Positions 1 through 10,510 are shown, counted from the first letter of the stretch. The stretch is 64,000 bases of DNA from Acidobacteriota bacterium (GCA_963664705.1 OY761556.1:3136001-3200000); one strand, 5' to 3'. Notes: generated from the letters alone by a model not told the origin. Translations and numbers: made by a program.

Positions 1-1365
1 TATGCCCGCGTCAATGATTTCTATCAGCAGTCGGAGGAGAACAAGAAATGGCGCAGCCTTACGCTGCAGTCCATTGAAGCCGGCAACAATGCAACGTCCG
101 AACTGGCAGAGCATGTCGCCATGCGCATCGTCAGGGCTCATCTCGCGACCATGGCACGCATCAACGTCCATTACGATCTTCTGCCGAGAGAAAGCGAGAT
201 CCTTCACCTTCATTTTTGGAATACCGCTTACGAGTTACTAAAGAAACGGCAGGCCATTTACTATGTGGATGAAGGAAAGAACCGCGGCTGCTGGGTTATG
301 ATGACAGGCAGCCAGCAGCAGGGCGAAGTCTCCCGCGAAGAAGCAGAGGACGACGAAAAAATTATCGTCCGGTCCGACGGAACGGTCACATATGTCGGGA
401 AAGACATCGCCTATCAATTATGGAAATTCGGACTTCTGGGGCTGGATTTCCAGTACAAACCCTACGAGACTGACGGCGGACAACAACTGTGGATCACCGC
501 GACGGAACCGGCTGTCGGGGCAACCGCTCCGCAGTTCGGGCATGCGCACCGAGTCTATAATGTAATCGACAGCCGGCAGGCCTACCTTCAGAATATCGTT
601 GTGCAGGGATTGCAGGCGCTCGGATTCAATGAACAGGCGGCCAACTCCATCCACTTCTCCTATGAAATGGTGGCGCTGACGCCGGCTTGCTGCGATGAAC
701 TCGGATTCCCGCTGACCGACCAGGATCGGAAAAGGCCCTATGTGGAGGTCTCGGGACGCAAAGGCCTCGGCGTAAAAGCGGATGACTTGCTGAACACGCT
801 TGAAGAAAAGGCCCTGGCGGAGGTGCGTGCCCGCCATTCACTGCCTGACGACGAAGCGATTCGAATCGCGCGTATGATCGCGGTGAGCGCCTTGCGCTAC
901 TTTCTACTGCGCTTCGCTCGCAATACGGTTATCGCGTTTGATCTGAAGGAAGCTCTCAGCTTTGACGGTGAAACAGGCCCCTATGTCCAGTACTCGGCGG
1001 TGCGTGCCAACAACATATTCAACAAGCTGGCCGAACAGGGAGACGCCCCACCGGATCTGACAAAATCCTACCCGGGCTTCGGAGAGTTTCTCGCTGCGGA
1101 TAATGAGATCTGGGAGATTGTTTACCAGGCGGCAAGGCTTCCGGAAATTGTCCGGCAGATCGGACAATCACTTGAACTGGGGCAGATCTGCAAATATGCC
1201 TTTTCGCTGGCAAAGAAATTTAATCTTTTCTATCACAACCATCACATTTTGTCGGAACCCGACGCTCAGAAAAAGCAGCATCTTCTCCTGGTGGCGGACA
1301 TTGTTCGCAAACAACTGACGCAGGCACTCTATTTGATTGGATGCGACGTCCCCCCCAAAATGTAG
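1..1365 (+). CDS. argS: Arginyl-tRNA synthetase (5' truncated by the window)
   Basis: Frame open from base 1; motifs RSDGTVTYVGKDIAY, VSGRKG, FDGETGPYVQY; C-terminal DALR-type anticodon domain. Confidence 0.95.
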   Translation, partial: YARVNDFYQQSEENKKWRSLTLQSIEAGNNATSELAEHVAMRIVRAHLATMARINVHYDLLPRESEILHLHFWNTAYELLKKRQAIYYVDEGKNRGCWVMMTGSQQQGEVSREEAEDDEKIIVRSDGTVTYVGKDIAYQLWKFGLLGLDFQYKPYETDGGQQLWITATEPAVGATAPQFGHAHRVYNVIDSRQAYLQNIVVQGLQALGFNEQAANSIHFSYEMVALTPACCDELGFPLTDQDRKRPYVEVSGRKGLGVKADDLLNTLEEKALAEVRARHSLPDDEAIRIARMIAVSALRYFLLRFARNTVIAFDLKEALSFDGETGPYVQYSAVRANNIFNKLAEQGDAPPDLTKSYPGFGEFLAADNEIWEIVYQAARLPEIVRQIGQSLELGQICKYAFSLAKKFNLFYHNHHILSEPDAQKKQHLLLVADIVRKQLTQALYLIGCDVPPKM

Positions 1366-1370
1366 GGGTT

Positions 1371-1832
1371 ATGCCTATCTACTATCTGCTTGTTTCTGCC
1401 TGGATGCTGTTCATTCAATCTGGAGGCAATGCAGCTGCTTTGGGTGATATCCTTTCCCCCGGCGAAAAGGCTCAGATGGAGAAGGCGGATACCATCGAGC
1501 GCCGGATCAAGGTGTATGATGCGGCTTCCCGGCGAATTGCGCAGGAACTCGAAGCCGCCGTGGTGAAAGACGATTCCCCGGCGGTCCCGCAAATTCTCCA
1601 CACGTGGAGTTCATTGCTGTCAAAATCTCTTGAAGATATCGAAGCGAACCTCAAATCAAAAAAGAAATCGCGCGCCCTCATCAACTACGAAATACAGTTG
1701 CGCAAATCCATCTCACGCTCGGAGAGCCTCAAAATCAGAGCCTCCGCCGACCTGCAGGATGCTTTCGATTCCTGCCTGGAGCAGGCGGAGAAAATACGAA
1801 AGCGGTTTGTTGAGATTCTTTTCCGACCCTAG
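1371..1832 (+). CDS. Hypothetical secreted helical protein
   Basis: Signal peptide-like N-terminus from ATG 1371; lies just after the argS stop; similar to the next gene. Confidence 0.75.
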   Translation: MPIYYLLVSAWMLFIQSGGNAAALGDILSPGEKAQMEKADTIERRIKVYDAASRRIAQELEAAVVKDDSPAVPQILHTWSSLLSKSLEDIEANLKSKKKSRALINYEIQLRKSISRSESLKIRASADLQDAFDSCLEQAEKIRKRFVEILFRP

Positions 1833-1842
1833 GATTATCAGC

Positions 1843-2382
1843 ATGCAGCACTCAAAACAGTTGTTACCGGTTATCTTTTTTGCAGCACTGCTAACATTGG
1901 TGTCAGCCAAGGAATTTCTGACCGACAAGGAAATTGAAAAGATCCAGGATGCCCAGGAAATTGACGCCAGGGTCAAAATATATCTCGAAGCCGCCACATT
2001 GCGCCTCAAGACCGCGGAAGACAGGCTGGTGGGCAAGGAATCTGTCGAAGGAGATCCGCTGGAATTTTTTACTCCAGAAGACATGCTGGACGGCTATTTT
2101 CGGATCATCAAAAGCGTGATGATGAACCTGGACGCAGCCGCTGAAAAGGGTGGACCCAATCATGCCCTTCTTGGGAAAGCGCTCAAAATGCTGAAATCGG
2201 CGACGGAAAAGAACTCCGGCCAGCTTCAAATCCTCAAAAAACTGGCGGAGGAGAAAAGAAAAGAGGAACTCTGGAACAGCATCAATAGCGCGATCGATAT
2301 AACAAACGGCGCACACGATGGCGCCGAATACGGTCTTACAAAACACCCGGCTCCGGCGGAAAAGGAAAAGAAAAACAAGTAA
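1843..2382 (+). CDS. Hypothetical secreted helical protein, likely paralog of the previous gene
   Basis: MQHSKQLLPVIFFAALLTLVSA signal peptide; LTDKEIEKIQDAQEIDARVKIY resembles the upstream protein. Confidence 0.75.
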   Translation: MQHSKQLLPVIFFAALLTLVSAKEFLTDKEIEKIQDAQEIDARVKIYLEAATLRLKTAEDRLVGKESVEGDPLEFFTPEDMLDGYFRIIKSVMMNLDAAAEKGGPNHALLGKALKMLKSATEKNSGQLQILKKLAEEKRKEELWNSINSAIDITNGAHDGAEYGLTKHPAPAEKEKKNK

Positions 2383-2391
2383 CCGGGCAAT

Positions 2392-3036
2392 CTACTCGTT
2401 CCAGAAATCAGGGGCGACCGTAATGATCCCCTGCTTCCACACAAGCTCTTTTCTCAATTTGAGGTCCTGAAGCAGGCGAGACAGCGTTTCGGGAGTAGCT
2501 CCAATAGCCGCCGCCAGTTGCTTCTTGTTGATCTCTATATTGATTTGCGAATGCTCTCCATACTGCTCGAGCAGGAAGGCGCGCAGACGCTGCTCGACAT
2601 CCTGGCTGGTCAACTGCTGTATTTTGTCGGCAAGATAGCGCTGCTTCCGCAAAAGCATCGCGATAAAATCATTGCGAAAATCTTCCTGCCGCAAAAGATT
2701 GAGCAGGTCGCGGCGCAGCAGTCTGAAAACAAGAACGCCGGTCAGCGTTACGGCGGTTACCGGATAAAACTTCTTCTCAAATAGAATCGCTTCGGCAAAC
2801 ACCTCGCCCGGTTTGATCACCTTGATCACGATTTCCCGTCCGTCCGGCGTAATCTTATGAAGAGATATGCGGCCGCGGGCAAGAAGGTACATTGCTTCCC
2901 CCGGCTCCCCTTCACGGAAGAGAGTCGCATGCTTCGGCTTCTCTGCCGGCATGCAGAATCTTGATAGGGCTTCCTTGCTTTCCTTCGAAATGCCCTCAAA
3001 AAAACGCGCCTGGTCAATTATTCGCGAAATATCCAT
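2392..3036 (-). CDS. Crp/Fnr family regulator (HcpR/Dnr type)
   Basis: cNMP-like domain (LFREGEPGEAMY, PGEVFAE); HTH with ATPETLSR; divergent from hcp; no N-terminal Cys cluster. Confidence 0.9.
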   Translation of the reverse strand: MDISRIIDQARFFEGISKESKEALSRFCMPAEKPKHATLFREGEPGEAMYLLARGRISLHKITPDGREIVIKVIKPGEVFAEAILFEKKFYPVTAVTLTGVLVFRLLRRDLLNLLRQEDFRNDFIAMLLRKQRYLADKIQQLTSQDVEQRLRAFLLEQYGEHSQINIEINKKQLAAAIGATPETLSRLLQDLKLRKELVWKQGIITVAPDFWNE

Positions 3037-3090
3037 CGTGACCCCTTGGAATCCCTTCATTTTTTTGATAATAAAAAATAATTCATTTTC

Positions 3091-3132
3091 TTGATATAAA
3101 TCAATTTTATCCGGAGTACTTGGGCATAAGAT
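3091..3132 (+). promoter_or_regulatory. FNR/Dnr-type box and putative -10 of the hcp promoter
   Basis: TTGAT-ATAA-ATCAA at 3091-3104 is a perfect consensus; TAAGAT at 3127-3132 gives class II (about -41.5) geometry. Confidence 0.8.
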
Positions 3133-3176
3133 TCTCGCGTTGTCAGCAATAACCACTATTCAAGGGGGCAATTGAG

Positions 3177-4829
3177 ATGAGCATGTTCTGTTATCAATGT
3201 GAACAGACGTCGGCAGGTAAGGGTTGTGAAAAAATGGGCGTTTGCGGGAAGGACCCGAAATGCGCGGCATTGCAGGATCTTCTGGTATACGCCACCAAAG
3301 GAATCAGCCAGTATGCGAACAAAGCCCGCCAATTGGGCGCGAAAAATCAGGATATTGACGTTTTTGTGGTCCATGCCTTGTTTACGACGGTAACTAACGT
3401 GAATTTCGATGCCGCCCGTGTAGAGGAAATGATTCGGGAAGCCGCCGTTCTCAAAAAGACCGCGCAGAGCCTTTATGAAGATGCCTGCCGGAAGGCCGGG
3501 AAAACACCCGAAGCTCTTCAGGGAGCAGTTCAGTGGGCTCCAGCCGCAACCCAGGAAGGCCTTCTGGAACAGGCTGACAAGGTAGGGATTCAAGCGGCAC
3601 GCGCCTCGCTGGGAGATGATCTGGCCGGATTGGCTGAACTCCTGGTTTACGGATTAAAGGGGACGGCCGCGTACATGGATCACGCTCGAATTTTGGGCAA
3701 GGAAGATGACAAGGCATATGCGTACATGCACGAAGCGCTCGACTATTTGGCGCAGCCGAACCCGGCGGTGGACGCACTCCTTGGCCTCAACCTGAAATGC
3801 GGCGAAATCAACCTGCTTGTCATGGAATTGCTGGATGCCGCCAACACAGGCGCTTACGGGCATCCGGTTCCGACAAGCGTGCGGATTACACCGGTAAAAG
3901 GCAAGGCGATCCTGGTTTCCGGCCACGATCTCAAAGATCTGGAAGTTCTGCTGGAACAGACCAAGGGCCTTGGAATCAATGTCTATACCCACGGTGAAAT
4001 GCTCCCAGCCCACGGCTATCCTGGACTGAAGAAATACAGCCACCTGGCCGGCAACTACGGCGGAGCATGGCAAGACCAGGCGAAGGAATTTGATGCCTTC
4101 CCCGGCTCGATCCTTATGACAACCAATTGCATTCAGGCCCCGAGGGAAAGCTATAAAGCCCGCATATTCACAACGGGACTGGTGGAATGGCCCGGAGTCA
4201 AGCACGTCAAGAATGGCGACTTCAAGCCGGTAATCGATGCGGCACTGGCGGCGCCGGGATTCGCGGCGGATGAAGCGGAGAAAAGCATTCTGGTCGGATT
4301 TGGCCACAATACAATTCTTGGAGTGGCAGACAAAGTGATTGGCGCCGTAAAGGGCGGCCAATTGAAGCACTTCTTCCTGATCGGTGGTTGCGACGGTGCG
4401 AAGTCGGGCCGCAACTACTACACAGAGTTTGCGCAGGCAGTCCCCAAGGATTGCGCCATTCTGACGCTGGCCTGCGGAAAGTATCGTTTCAATAAGCTTG
4501 AATTCGGCGACATCGGAGGGATACCACGCCTTCTGGATTGCGGACAGTGCAATGATGCCTACTCCGCCATCAAGGTAGCGGTAGCTCTTGCCCAGGCGTT
4601 CGGTTGCGGAGTCAACGACTTGCCGTTGTCCCTGATCCTCTCCTGGTACGAACAGAAGGCTTGCGCCATTCTGTTGACCTTGCTCCACCTTGGTATCAAG
4701 AACATTCGGCTCGGCCCATCTCTCCCGGCCTTCGTCACACCGAATGTATTGAATGTACTGGTGGAAAAATTCAATATCAAGCCGATCACGACTGCGGAAG
4801 CGGATCTGAAAGCCGCCCTGTCGGCATAA
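3177..4829 (+). CDS. hcp: Hybrid cluster protein (hydroxylamine/NO reductase)
   Basis: MFCYQCEQT...GC...GVCGK, SGHDL, THGEM, GGCDG, ACGKYR, GQCND, SWYEQKA motifs. Confidence 0.97.
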   Translation: MSMFCYQCEQTSAGKGCEKMGVCGKDPKCAALQDLLVYATKGISQYANKARQLGAKNQDIDVFVVHALFTTVTNVNFDAARVEEMIREAAVLKKTAQSLYEDACRKAGKTPEALQGAVQWAPAATQEGLLEQADKVGIQAARASLGDDLAGLAELLVYGLKGTAAYMDHARILGKEDDKAYAYMHEALDYLAQPNPAVDALLGLNLKCGEINLLVMELLDAANTGAYGHPVPTSVRITPVKGKAILVSGHDLKDLEVLLEQTKGLGINVYTHGEMLPAHGYPGLKKYSHLAGNYGGAWQDQAKEFDAFPGSILMTTNCIQAPRESYKARIFTTGLVEWPGVKHVKNGDFKPVIDAALAAPGFAADEAEKSILVGFGHNTILGVADKVIGAVKGGQLKHFFLIGGCDGAKSGRNYYTEFAQAVPKDCAILTLACGKYRFNKLEFGDIGGIPRLLDCGQCNDAYSAIKVAVALAQAFGCGVNDLPLSLILSWYEQKACAILLTLLHLGIKNIRLGPSLPAFVTPNVLNVLVEKFNIKPITTAEADLKAALSA

Positions 4830-4834
4830 CAAAC

Positions 4835-4886
4835 AAGAACGCCACGAATTGCGGAGCCAACTGCAGTTCGTGGCGTTTTCTTTTTT
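4835..4886. terminator. Intrinsic terminator between convergent hcp and cytochrome c genes
   Basis: Stem AACGCCACGAATTGC / GCAGTTCGTGGCGTT followed by a T-tract. Confidence 0.8.
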
Positions 4887-5199
4887 AGCGCAGAGTCAGT
4901 AAAAATGAGGTGAGGTCGTTAATATCCTTTTCAGGCAGATTTGGATAGGGTTTCATCGTTGTAGCCGGTTTCATTTCTTTCGGAGTGCGAATCCACTTCC
5001 GGATATCCTCTGCTTTCAACCGCCCCCCGACGCCGTCCAACGCCAGTTTCTTGCCGCCGATCCCCGCAATAGAATGGCATAGAGCACATTTCTGCTCAGC
5101 AAACACTTCTCTTCCACGCTCCACCGAACTCTGAGGAGAAGCTGCGATTATGATCCCAACTATTACAAATGATCCGAATAGAATCAGCGTCGGTTTCAT
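4885..5199 (-). CDS. Small monoheme cytochrome c
   Basis: Signal peptide, CALCH heme motif, distal TTMKPY methionine. Confidence 0.88.
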   Translation of the reverse strand: MKPTLILFGSFVIVGIIIAASPQSSVERGREVFAEQKCALCHSIAGIGGKKLALDGVGGRLKAEDIRKWIRTPKEMKPATTMKPYPNLPEKDINDLTSFLLTLR

Positions 5200-5235
5200 C
5201 GTTTATATCCCCCACGAAAAATGGTCAGCCAATTA

Positions 5236-5961
5236 TTAAACACTATCATGGTACCATCCGGCAGGCGGCCGCGGAGGATTGAAAAAACGAACCTCCTTCT
5301 TCTTGAACAGGCCGACAAGAAGCACTCCCGCAATGAAGCCGCCGATGTGCGCGCCAAAAGCGATTCCGCCCGTATTCTGATTGCCTGCGGCGCTGCCACT
5401 GATCAACTGAAAAACAAACCAGAATGCGAGCATAAAGCCTGCCGGGATATACATCAGCCGAATGAAAAAGATCAGCATAACCAGCGTCAGCACGCGCGCG
5501 CGCGGATATAGCAAAAGATAAGCGCCAAGAACACCGGCAATGGCACCGCTGGCTCCGATGGTGGGAAGAATGGACCCGGCATCAGGCAGGATCTGACTTG
5601 CGCTGGCAAGCAATCCGCAGATCAGATAGAAGGCAATAAACCGCGCGGATCCCATGGCCTCTTCAATATTGTTGCCGAAGATCCAGAGGTACCACATGTT
5701 TCCAATCAGGTGCATCCAGCTACCATGAAGAAACATGCTGGTAAAAAGGCTCAGGAAAGGAGGGATCGTCGCCAGAGTGGCCGGCAGACTCTCCACGCCT
5801 GTCACTACTGCCGGGATGGCACCAAACCTGTACACAAAAATCTTCAAGGCATTGGGTGCCAGTGATGCCTGGTAGAGAAATACAGCCGCATTCACGGCGA
5901 TCAGTGCCCAGGTTACAACCGGCGTAATGGTAGTCGGGTTATCGTCTTTTAAGGGAAACAT
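5236..5961 (-). CDS. Rhomboid family intramembrane serine protease
   Basis: FLHGSWMHLIGNM, IGASGAI, AHIGGF motifs. Confidence 0.93.
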   Translation of the reverse strand: MFPLKDDNPTTITPVVTWALIAVNAAVFLYQASLAPNALKIFVYRFGAIPAVVTGVESLPATLATIPPFLSLFTSMFLHGSWMHLIGNMWYLWIFGNNIEEAMGSARFIAFYLICGLLASASQILPDAGSILPTIGASGAIAGVLGAYLLLYPRARVLTLVMLIFFIRLMYIPAGFMLAFWFVFQLISGSAAGNQNTGGIAFGAHIGGFIAGVLLVGLFKKKEVRFFNPPRPPAGWYHDSV

Positions 5962-5966
5962 AACCT

Positions 5967-6075
5967 AATTACGAATTGAGAATGGATACAAAAGCCCGCC
6001 TCTGTTGGCGGCAGTGCGCCAATTCAAACATGTCGCACTGCCCCGTCTTAGGGTTTCAATCCGTCATTCGTAATT
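5967..6075. repeat. Nested inverted-repeat intergenic element
   Basis: AATTACGAAT (5967-5976) / ATTCGTAATT (6066-6075) enclosing GGCAGTGCG / CGCACTGCC and CCGCC / GGCGG. Confidence 0.6.
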
Positions 6076-6077
6076 CG

Positions 6078-8156
6078 TCATTTTGACTCCAGTTCATCCG
6101 CGACAGCGCCGGCGTCGTATAGCTTTCGTAACGCTTCCGTCATCCCGGCTGTATCGACTGCCACTGACCGGTTATCCGCATCGTTATATATGTAATTTCC
6201 GACAAGACTCTCGATATTGCCGTCGAATATCACGCCCACGATCTCCCCCGCCTTGTTCACCACGGGAGAACCGGAGTTTCCCCCAATGGTATCGCACGTG
6301 CAAACGAAATTGAGGGTCTTGGCAAGATCGAGTTTATCGCGCCTCTCAGAATAGCGCGCGGGCAAATCAAAGGGCGATTTGCCATCAAAGCCAAGGCTGC
6401 GGTCATACAGGCCGAAGAAGGTAGTCTTGGGTGGAGCCTCCGTTCCATTCATCGGATATCCCTTGACGGCCCCAAAGGAGAGCCTCAGCGTGAAGGTGGC
6501 GTCGGGATAAACGGTTTTTCCGTAAATGGCAAAGCGCGCCTGGCCGATCTTCTCGCCTGCGGTGGTCAAAACGCTATCGATATTATCTTCAGTCCATTTT
6601 TGAGTTTCGCGAGTGAAGGGATCCACTTTCCGGGCAAGAACGATTGCCGGATCGTTGGAAGCGTCTACCGCAGACTGCCCGCCCTCTATGAGTTCCTTAC
6701 GGAAGGCCGGGTCGGTGAGCTTTGTCCCTTTCACAATCTGTTCGGCCAGCGTTCCGGGGCGCTGCCCATTCAATACAGCTTTCATAAATGTATCCTCCTG
6801 TCCCAATTGTTCGAAGGATTCCTGAAGGCTGTCCGTCAACAGAACGGTTTCCATTCCGGAATAGATGGGAGCGGGAGAGTAAATTCGGAAGCGCAAAGAT
6901 TCCAGCTGCGATTCATGAAAACCATCCAGTCGCTCACCATCAGGCTTTTTGACTTCAGCAACATACTGCACAATCTGAGACGCGAGGCTTGCGATCCTCG
7001 AACCACGAAGCGAGCGAAAGGTGGTTTCCTTATACCGATTCAACGCTTTCTTTTCAGCGGCGGCAATGGCATCCCAGGCGGCGCCATATTTCGAAGCCAG
7101 CTCCGGCCTGCGTGAAACCTGCATGCGGAAATCGGATTCCTCCTTCTGCTTCTTAGCCATGAGGCTCATGCCCGATAGCCCTTTGTATTCGCCGTCAAAC
7201 ACCTTCAGTGAGTTTTCAAGGCGCCGCACCTGCGACGTCGCCTGGCGCATTTCCTCCGGTCCCTTCGCCGCATACTTTCTCAAGACTTCCAGCCGCCGTT
7301 TGTACTGTTTGATTCTGCCGGGCAAATAGGTTTCCCGTTGCGCCTCGATCTGGGCGATCGTGCTGAGGCGGTCGGTCGATCCGGGATTGCCGGACACAAA
7401 CACCGGTTCACCGGCTTTGGCTCCCGCGGCATTCCATTTCAGATAGTTTTTGCTCTCTACCGGCTTCCCATCTTCATAGGCGCGGAACAGCGCCATATCC
7501 AAATCGTACCGGGGGTAGGTAAAATTGTCAGGGTCTCCCCCAAAGAATGCGATTCTTTCCTCCGGAGCGAACACCAGCCGGACATCGGTATATTTCTTGT
7601 ACCGGTACAACCAGTACTCGCCTCCTGAATACAGCGAAACCACATCGGAACGCAGGCTCGTTGAATCCTGGCTCTCTTTCTCAATCTTCGCCATCTCCGC
7701 CTTGCGGGCCTGTAAAGCCGCCTTCTCGGTCATTCCCGGTTTCACAGCGCCCTGCACCCGCCGAGTAACATCCTCCATGGAGATAAGAATATTCAGCTCG
7801 AGATCCGGGCATTTCATCTCTTCTTTTGCGTCGCGCGCATAAAAGCCGTTTTTCACATAATCGTTTGCGGCGGTTGACACTTTCTGCAACTGACCGAGCG
7901 CCACATGGTGGTTTGTCAGGATCAGACCGTGAGGGCTTACAAACGAACCGGATCCGCCATCGTTGAAGCGAACGCTGGCCAGTCGCACATGGTCCAGCCA
8001 CTCCTGGGTCAGGGCAAACCCGTATTTCTCCTGAATCTGCTTTTGGGGCGGATTGTCAAATGTCCACATCCCCTCGTCTCCCAGCGCGGGCACAGTGTAG
8101 GCGAAACAGCCTGCACAAATAAGTATCAGCATTAATGCACATTGATATTCTTTCAT
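6078..8156 (-). CDS. S46 family dipeptidyl peptidase
   Basis: DEGMW N-terminus after signal peptide, TNHH, FFGGDPDNFTYPR, PDATFTLR, GGNSGSP, FDGN. Confidence 0.93.
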   Translation of the reverse strand: MKEYQCALMLILICAGCFAYTVPALGDEGMWTFDNPPQKQIQEKYGFALTQEWLDHVRLASVRFNDGGSGSFVSPHGLILTNHHVALGQLQKVSTAANDYVKNGFYARDAKEEMKCPDLELNILISMEDVTRRVQGAVKPGMTEKAALQARKAEMAKIEKESQDSTSLRSDVVSLYSGGEYWLYRYKKYTDVRLVFAPEERIAFFGGDPDNFTYPRYDLDMALFRAYEDGKPVESKNYLKWNAAGAKAGEPVFVSGNPGSTDRLSTIAQIEAQRETYLPGRIKQYKRRLEVLRKYAAKGPEEMRQATSQVRRLENSLKVFDGEYKGLSGMSLMAKKQKEESDFRMQVSRRPELASKYGAAWDAIAAAEKKALNRYKETTFRSLRGSRIASLASQIVQYVAEVKKPDGERLDGFHESQLESLRFRIYSPAPIYSGMETVLLTDSLQESFEQLGQEDTFMKAVLNGQRPGTLAEQIVKGTKLTDPAFRKELIEGGQSAVDASNDPAIVLARKVDPFTRETQKWTEDNIDSVLTTAGEKIGQARFAIYGKTVYPDATFTLRLSFGAVKGYPMNGTEAPPKTTFFGLYDRSLGFDGKSPFDLPARYSERRDKLDLAKTLNFVCTCDTIGGNSGSPVVNKAGEIVGVIFDGNIESLVGNYIYNDADNRSVAVDTAGMTEALRKLYDAGAVADELESK

Positions 8157-8365
8157 TCGAGCCTCCCATCCAAATTATAGCCTATCAATCATACAGGATA
8201 CGAAATTCGAGTTGAATCCTGCAGGAGGACTGTGCCGGCGGGCAACTTGTGGTAACGTTTTGGTGGAGGATCCCGCGGGGAACGGCACCAATTTCGGGTC
8301 TCATTCCGATTATCCCAGCGGCGGGATCGACCCTATACTGCAACCGAATTGCCGAGGTGTGAGAA

Positions 8366-9133
8366 ATGGATGAAGTGCTCTTTTCCAGAGACTCCGGCAT
8401 TGGACGGATCACCATCAACCGGCCGGAAAAAAGTAATGCTCTAAACCGGAGTGTCATCAACCGGCTGCACGAAATCCTGAACGACGCGGCACACGATGAC
8501 GCAATCCGCGCGATCACCTTGACCGGAGCGGGAGAAAGGGCATTCTGTGCGGGCGCCGACTTGAAGGCGGCTTATTTGGCCGCAGCCGACGGAGAAGGTT
8601 TCAACCGTACGGAATTCCGGCAACTGCTCGTAGATCTGGTTCAGTTTCCCAAGCCGACCATCACGCTTGTACGCGGGCATGTCATGGGTGGGGGATTGGG
8701 ATTGGTGCTTGCCAGCGACCTTTCGCTCGCCTGCGAAGATGTTTATTTATCAACCCCTGAAATACAGGTCGGCATGTTCCCCATGATGATAATGGCATTG
8801 CTATATCGGAACGTGGGACGCAAAAAGGCCACGGAACTGATGTTTCTCGGCGAACGAATCACCGCGGGCCAAGCGGAAGCCTTTGGGATCATCAATCACG
8901 TGTTCCGCAGGGATTTGTTCGAGACGACCGCGGAGGAATTTGTTCAGAAAATCGCGGTCAAAAGTGCCGCTATCCTTCGCCTTGGAAAAGAAGCGTTATC
9001 CGGCCTTCTTGACGAGTCGTTAACAACTGAGGAAAAGTACCTGGAGGCCGCGCTGGCCGAAGTCATGTCCACAGAAGACAGCAAGGAAGGACTGCGCGCT
9101 TTCATTGAAAAACGGCCACCCCGGTGGAACTGA
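8366..9133 (+). CDS. Enoyl-CoA hydratase/isomerase (LiuC/AtuE-like)
   Basis: INRPEKSNAL, FCAGADL, GGGLGLVLASD, PEIQVG. Confidence 0.9.
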   Translation: MDEVLFSRDSGIGRITINRPEKSNALNRSVINRLHEILNDAAHDDAIRAITLTGAGERAFCAGADLKAAYLAAADGEGFNRTEFRQLLVDLVQFPKPTITLVRGHVMGGGLGLVLASDLSLACEDVYLSTPEIQVGMFPMMIMALLYRNVGRKKATELMFLGERITAGQAEAFGIINHVFRRDLFETTAEEFVQKIAVKSAAILRLGKEALSGLLDESLTTEEKYLEAALAEVMSTEDSKEGLRAFIEKRPPRWN

Positions 9134-9145
9134 GATCCTAAAATT

Positions 9146-10510
9146 ATGAAACAGATACGAATTGGTGGAGCATTGGGCTATTGGGGCGATCGCAATGACG
9201 CCTTGATCGATCTGCTTACAGGGGGCCCCCTGGACTACGTCATTATGGATTACCTGGCGGAAGTCACAATGTCGATCCTGCAGAAGCAGGTCGGCCGAAA
9301 GGGGGGACCCGGATATCCACACGATTTCATCCCGCTTATGCGGGAAGCGCTGCCTCTGCTGCACAAGCACCGGGTCCGCCTTATCACCGATGCCGGAGGG
9401 CTTGATCCACAGGGACTCGCGGAAGCCCTGCGATCCGAAGCAAAGGAATGCGGCTGGCCGGACATCAGGATCGGCGTTGTTTATGGCGACGACCTCATGC
9501 CCTGCCTGTCTGAGTTCTCCGACCAGGGAATCGAATTCCGGCATTTCGATAGGGGCGCTCCGCAAAACGAAATCCCTGGAAGGATAACCTCGGCGAATGC
9601 CTATTTTGGGGCATTTCCCATCGCAAACGCTTTGGCCATGGGTGCCGATCTGGTCGTTACCGGCCGCGTCAATGATGCAGCGCTTGCACTCGGCCCCCTG
9701 ATTCACGAATTCAAGTGGAAGCCGGACGATTACGATCTGCTGGCAAAAGGCACCATTGCGGGACACCTCCTTGAATGCGGAGGCCAGGCTTCCGGGGGCA
9801 ATTACAATAAAGCCTGGCAGGATGTTCCGGATCTGGACCGCCTTGCCTTCCCCATCGGCGAGATTAGTGAAGATGGCAGCCTGATCATGACGATACACCC
9901 GGGACAAGGCGGATGTATCACACCGGCTCTGCTCAAAGAGCAGCTTCTGTACGAAATCGGGGACCCGTCAGCCTATATTGTGGCCGATGTGGTCTGTGAT
10001 ATCACCGATTTGGAAATGGAGGATCTCGGGCAGAATCGAGTTCGAGTCATCGGAACGAAAGGACACCCGCCTACTTCCACCTATAAAGTGTCGATGAGCT
10101 ATGAAGGGGGATACCGGATTGCGGTCGGGCTCATCTACAGTTGGCCGGATTGCGTTGCGAAGGCAAAGGCAAGCTCCGAGATAGTATTGAAGCGGCTTGC
10201 GAAACTGGGAATCCGCTACCGGGACGTTCTGGTATCGATATTTGGCAGCAACGCCCTGCATGGCCATATGTCCCATGCCATCGATGATCCGAATGAGGTG
10301 TATCTGCGGATGGCTTTTGTTGTCGATGATGCGGACACGGCAGAACGAATCTCCCGCGAGATGATTACGCATGTGCTTTGCGGGATACCCACCAGTTGCC
10401 TGCCGGACATCGTGCGGCCCTCACCGCAGAAGCAAATCATTTACTGGCCCAGTTTGATTCCAAAATCGGCGGTAGGGCCGACAGTAAAAATCATCGGAGG
10501 TCCGCAATGA
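9146..10510 (+). CDS. AtuA family protein (DUF1446)
   Basis: GYWGD, DYLAEVTM, ANAYFGA, TGRVNDA, GHLLECGGQASGGN, EQLLYEI. Confidence 0.9.
   Translation: MKQIRIGGALGYWGDRNDALIDLLTGGPLDYVIMDYLAEVTMSILQKQVGRKGGPGYPHDFIPLMREALPLLHKHRVRLITDAGGLDPQGLAEALRSEAKECGWPDIRIGVVYGDDLMPCLSEFSDQGIEFRHFDRGAPQNEIPGRITSANAYFGAFPIANALAMGADLVVTGRVNDAALALGPLIHEFKWKPDDYDLLAKGTIAGHLLECGGQASGGNYNKAWQDVPDLDRLAFPIGEISEDGSLIMTIHPGQGGCITPALLKEQLLYEIGDPSAYIVADVVCDITDLEMEDLGQNRVRVIGTKGHPPTSTYKVSMSYEGGYRIAVGLIYSWPDCVAKAKASSEIVLKRLAKLGIRYRDVLVSIFGSNALHGHMSHAIDDPNEVYLRMAFVVDDADTAERISREMITHVLCGIPTSCLPDIVRPSPQKQIIYWPSLIPKSAVGPTVKIIGGPQ

Noticed and set aside
3654-4832. 392-aa minus-strand ORF
   Set aside because: Shadow of hcp
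8160-8365. Possible tRNA or riboswitch in the divergent intergenic region
   Set aside because: No cloverleaf, T-loop or known aptamer consensus could be found by eye
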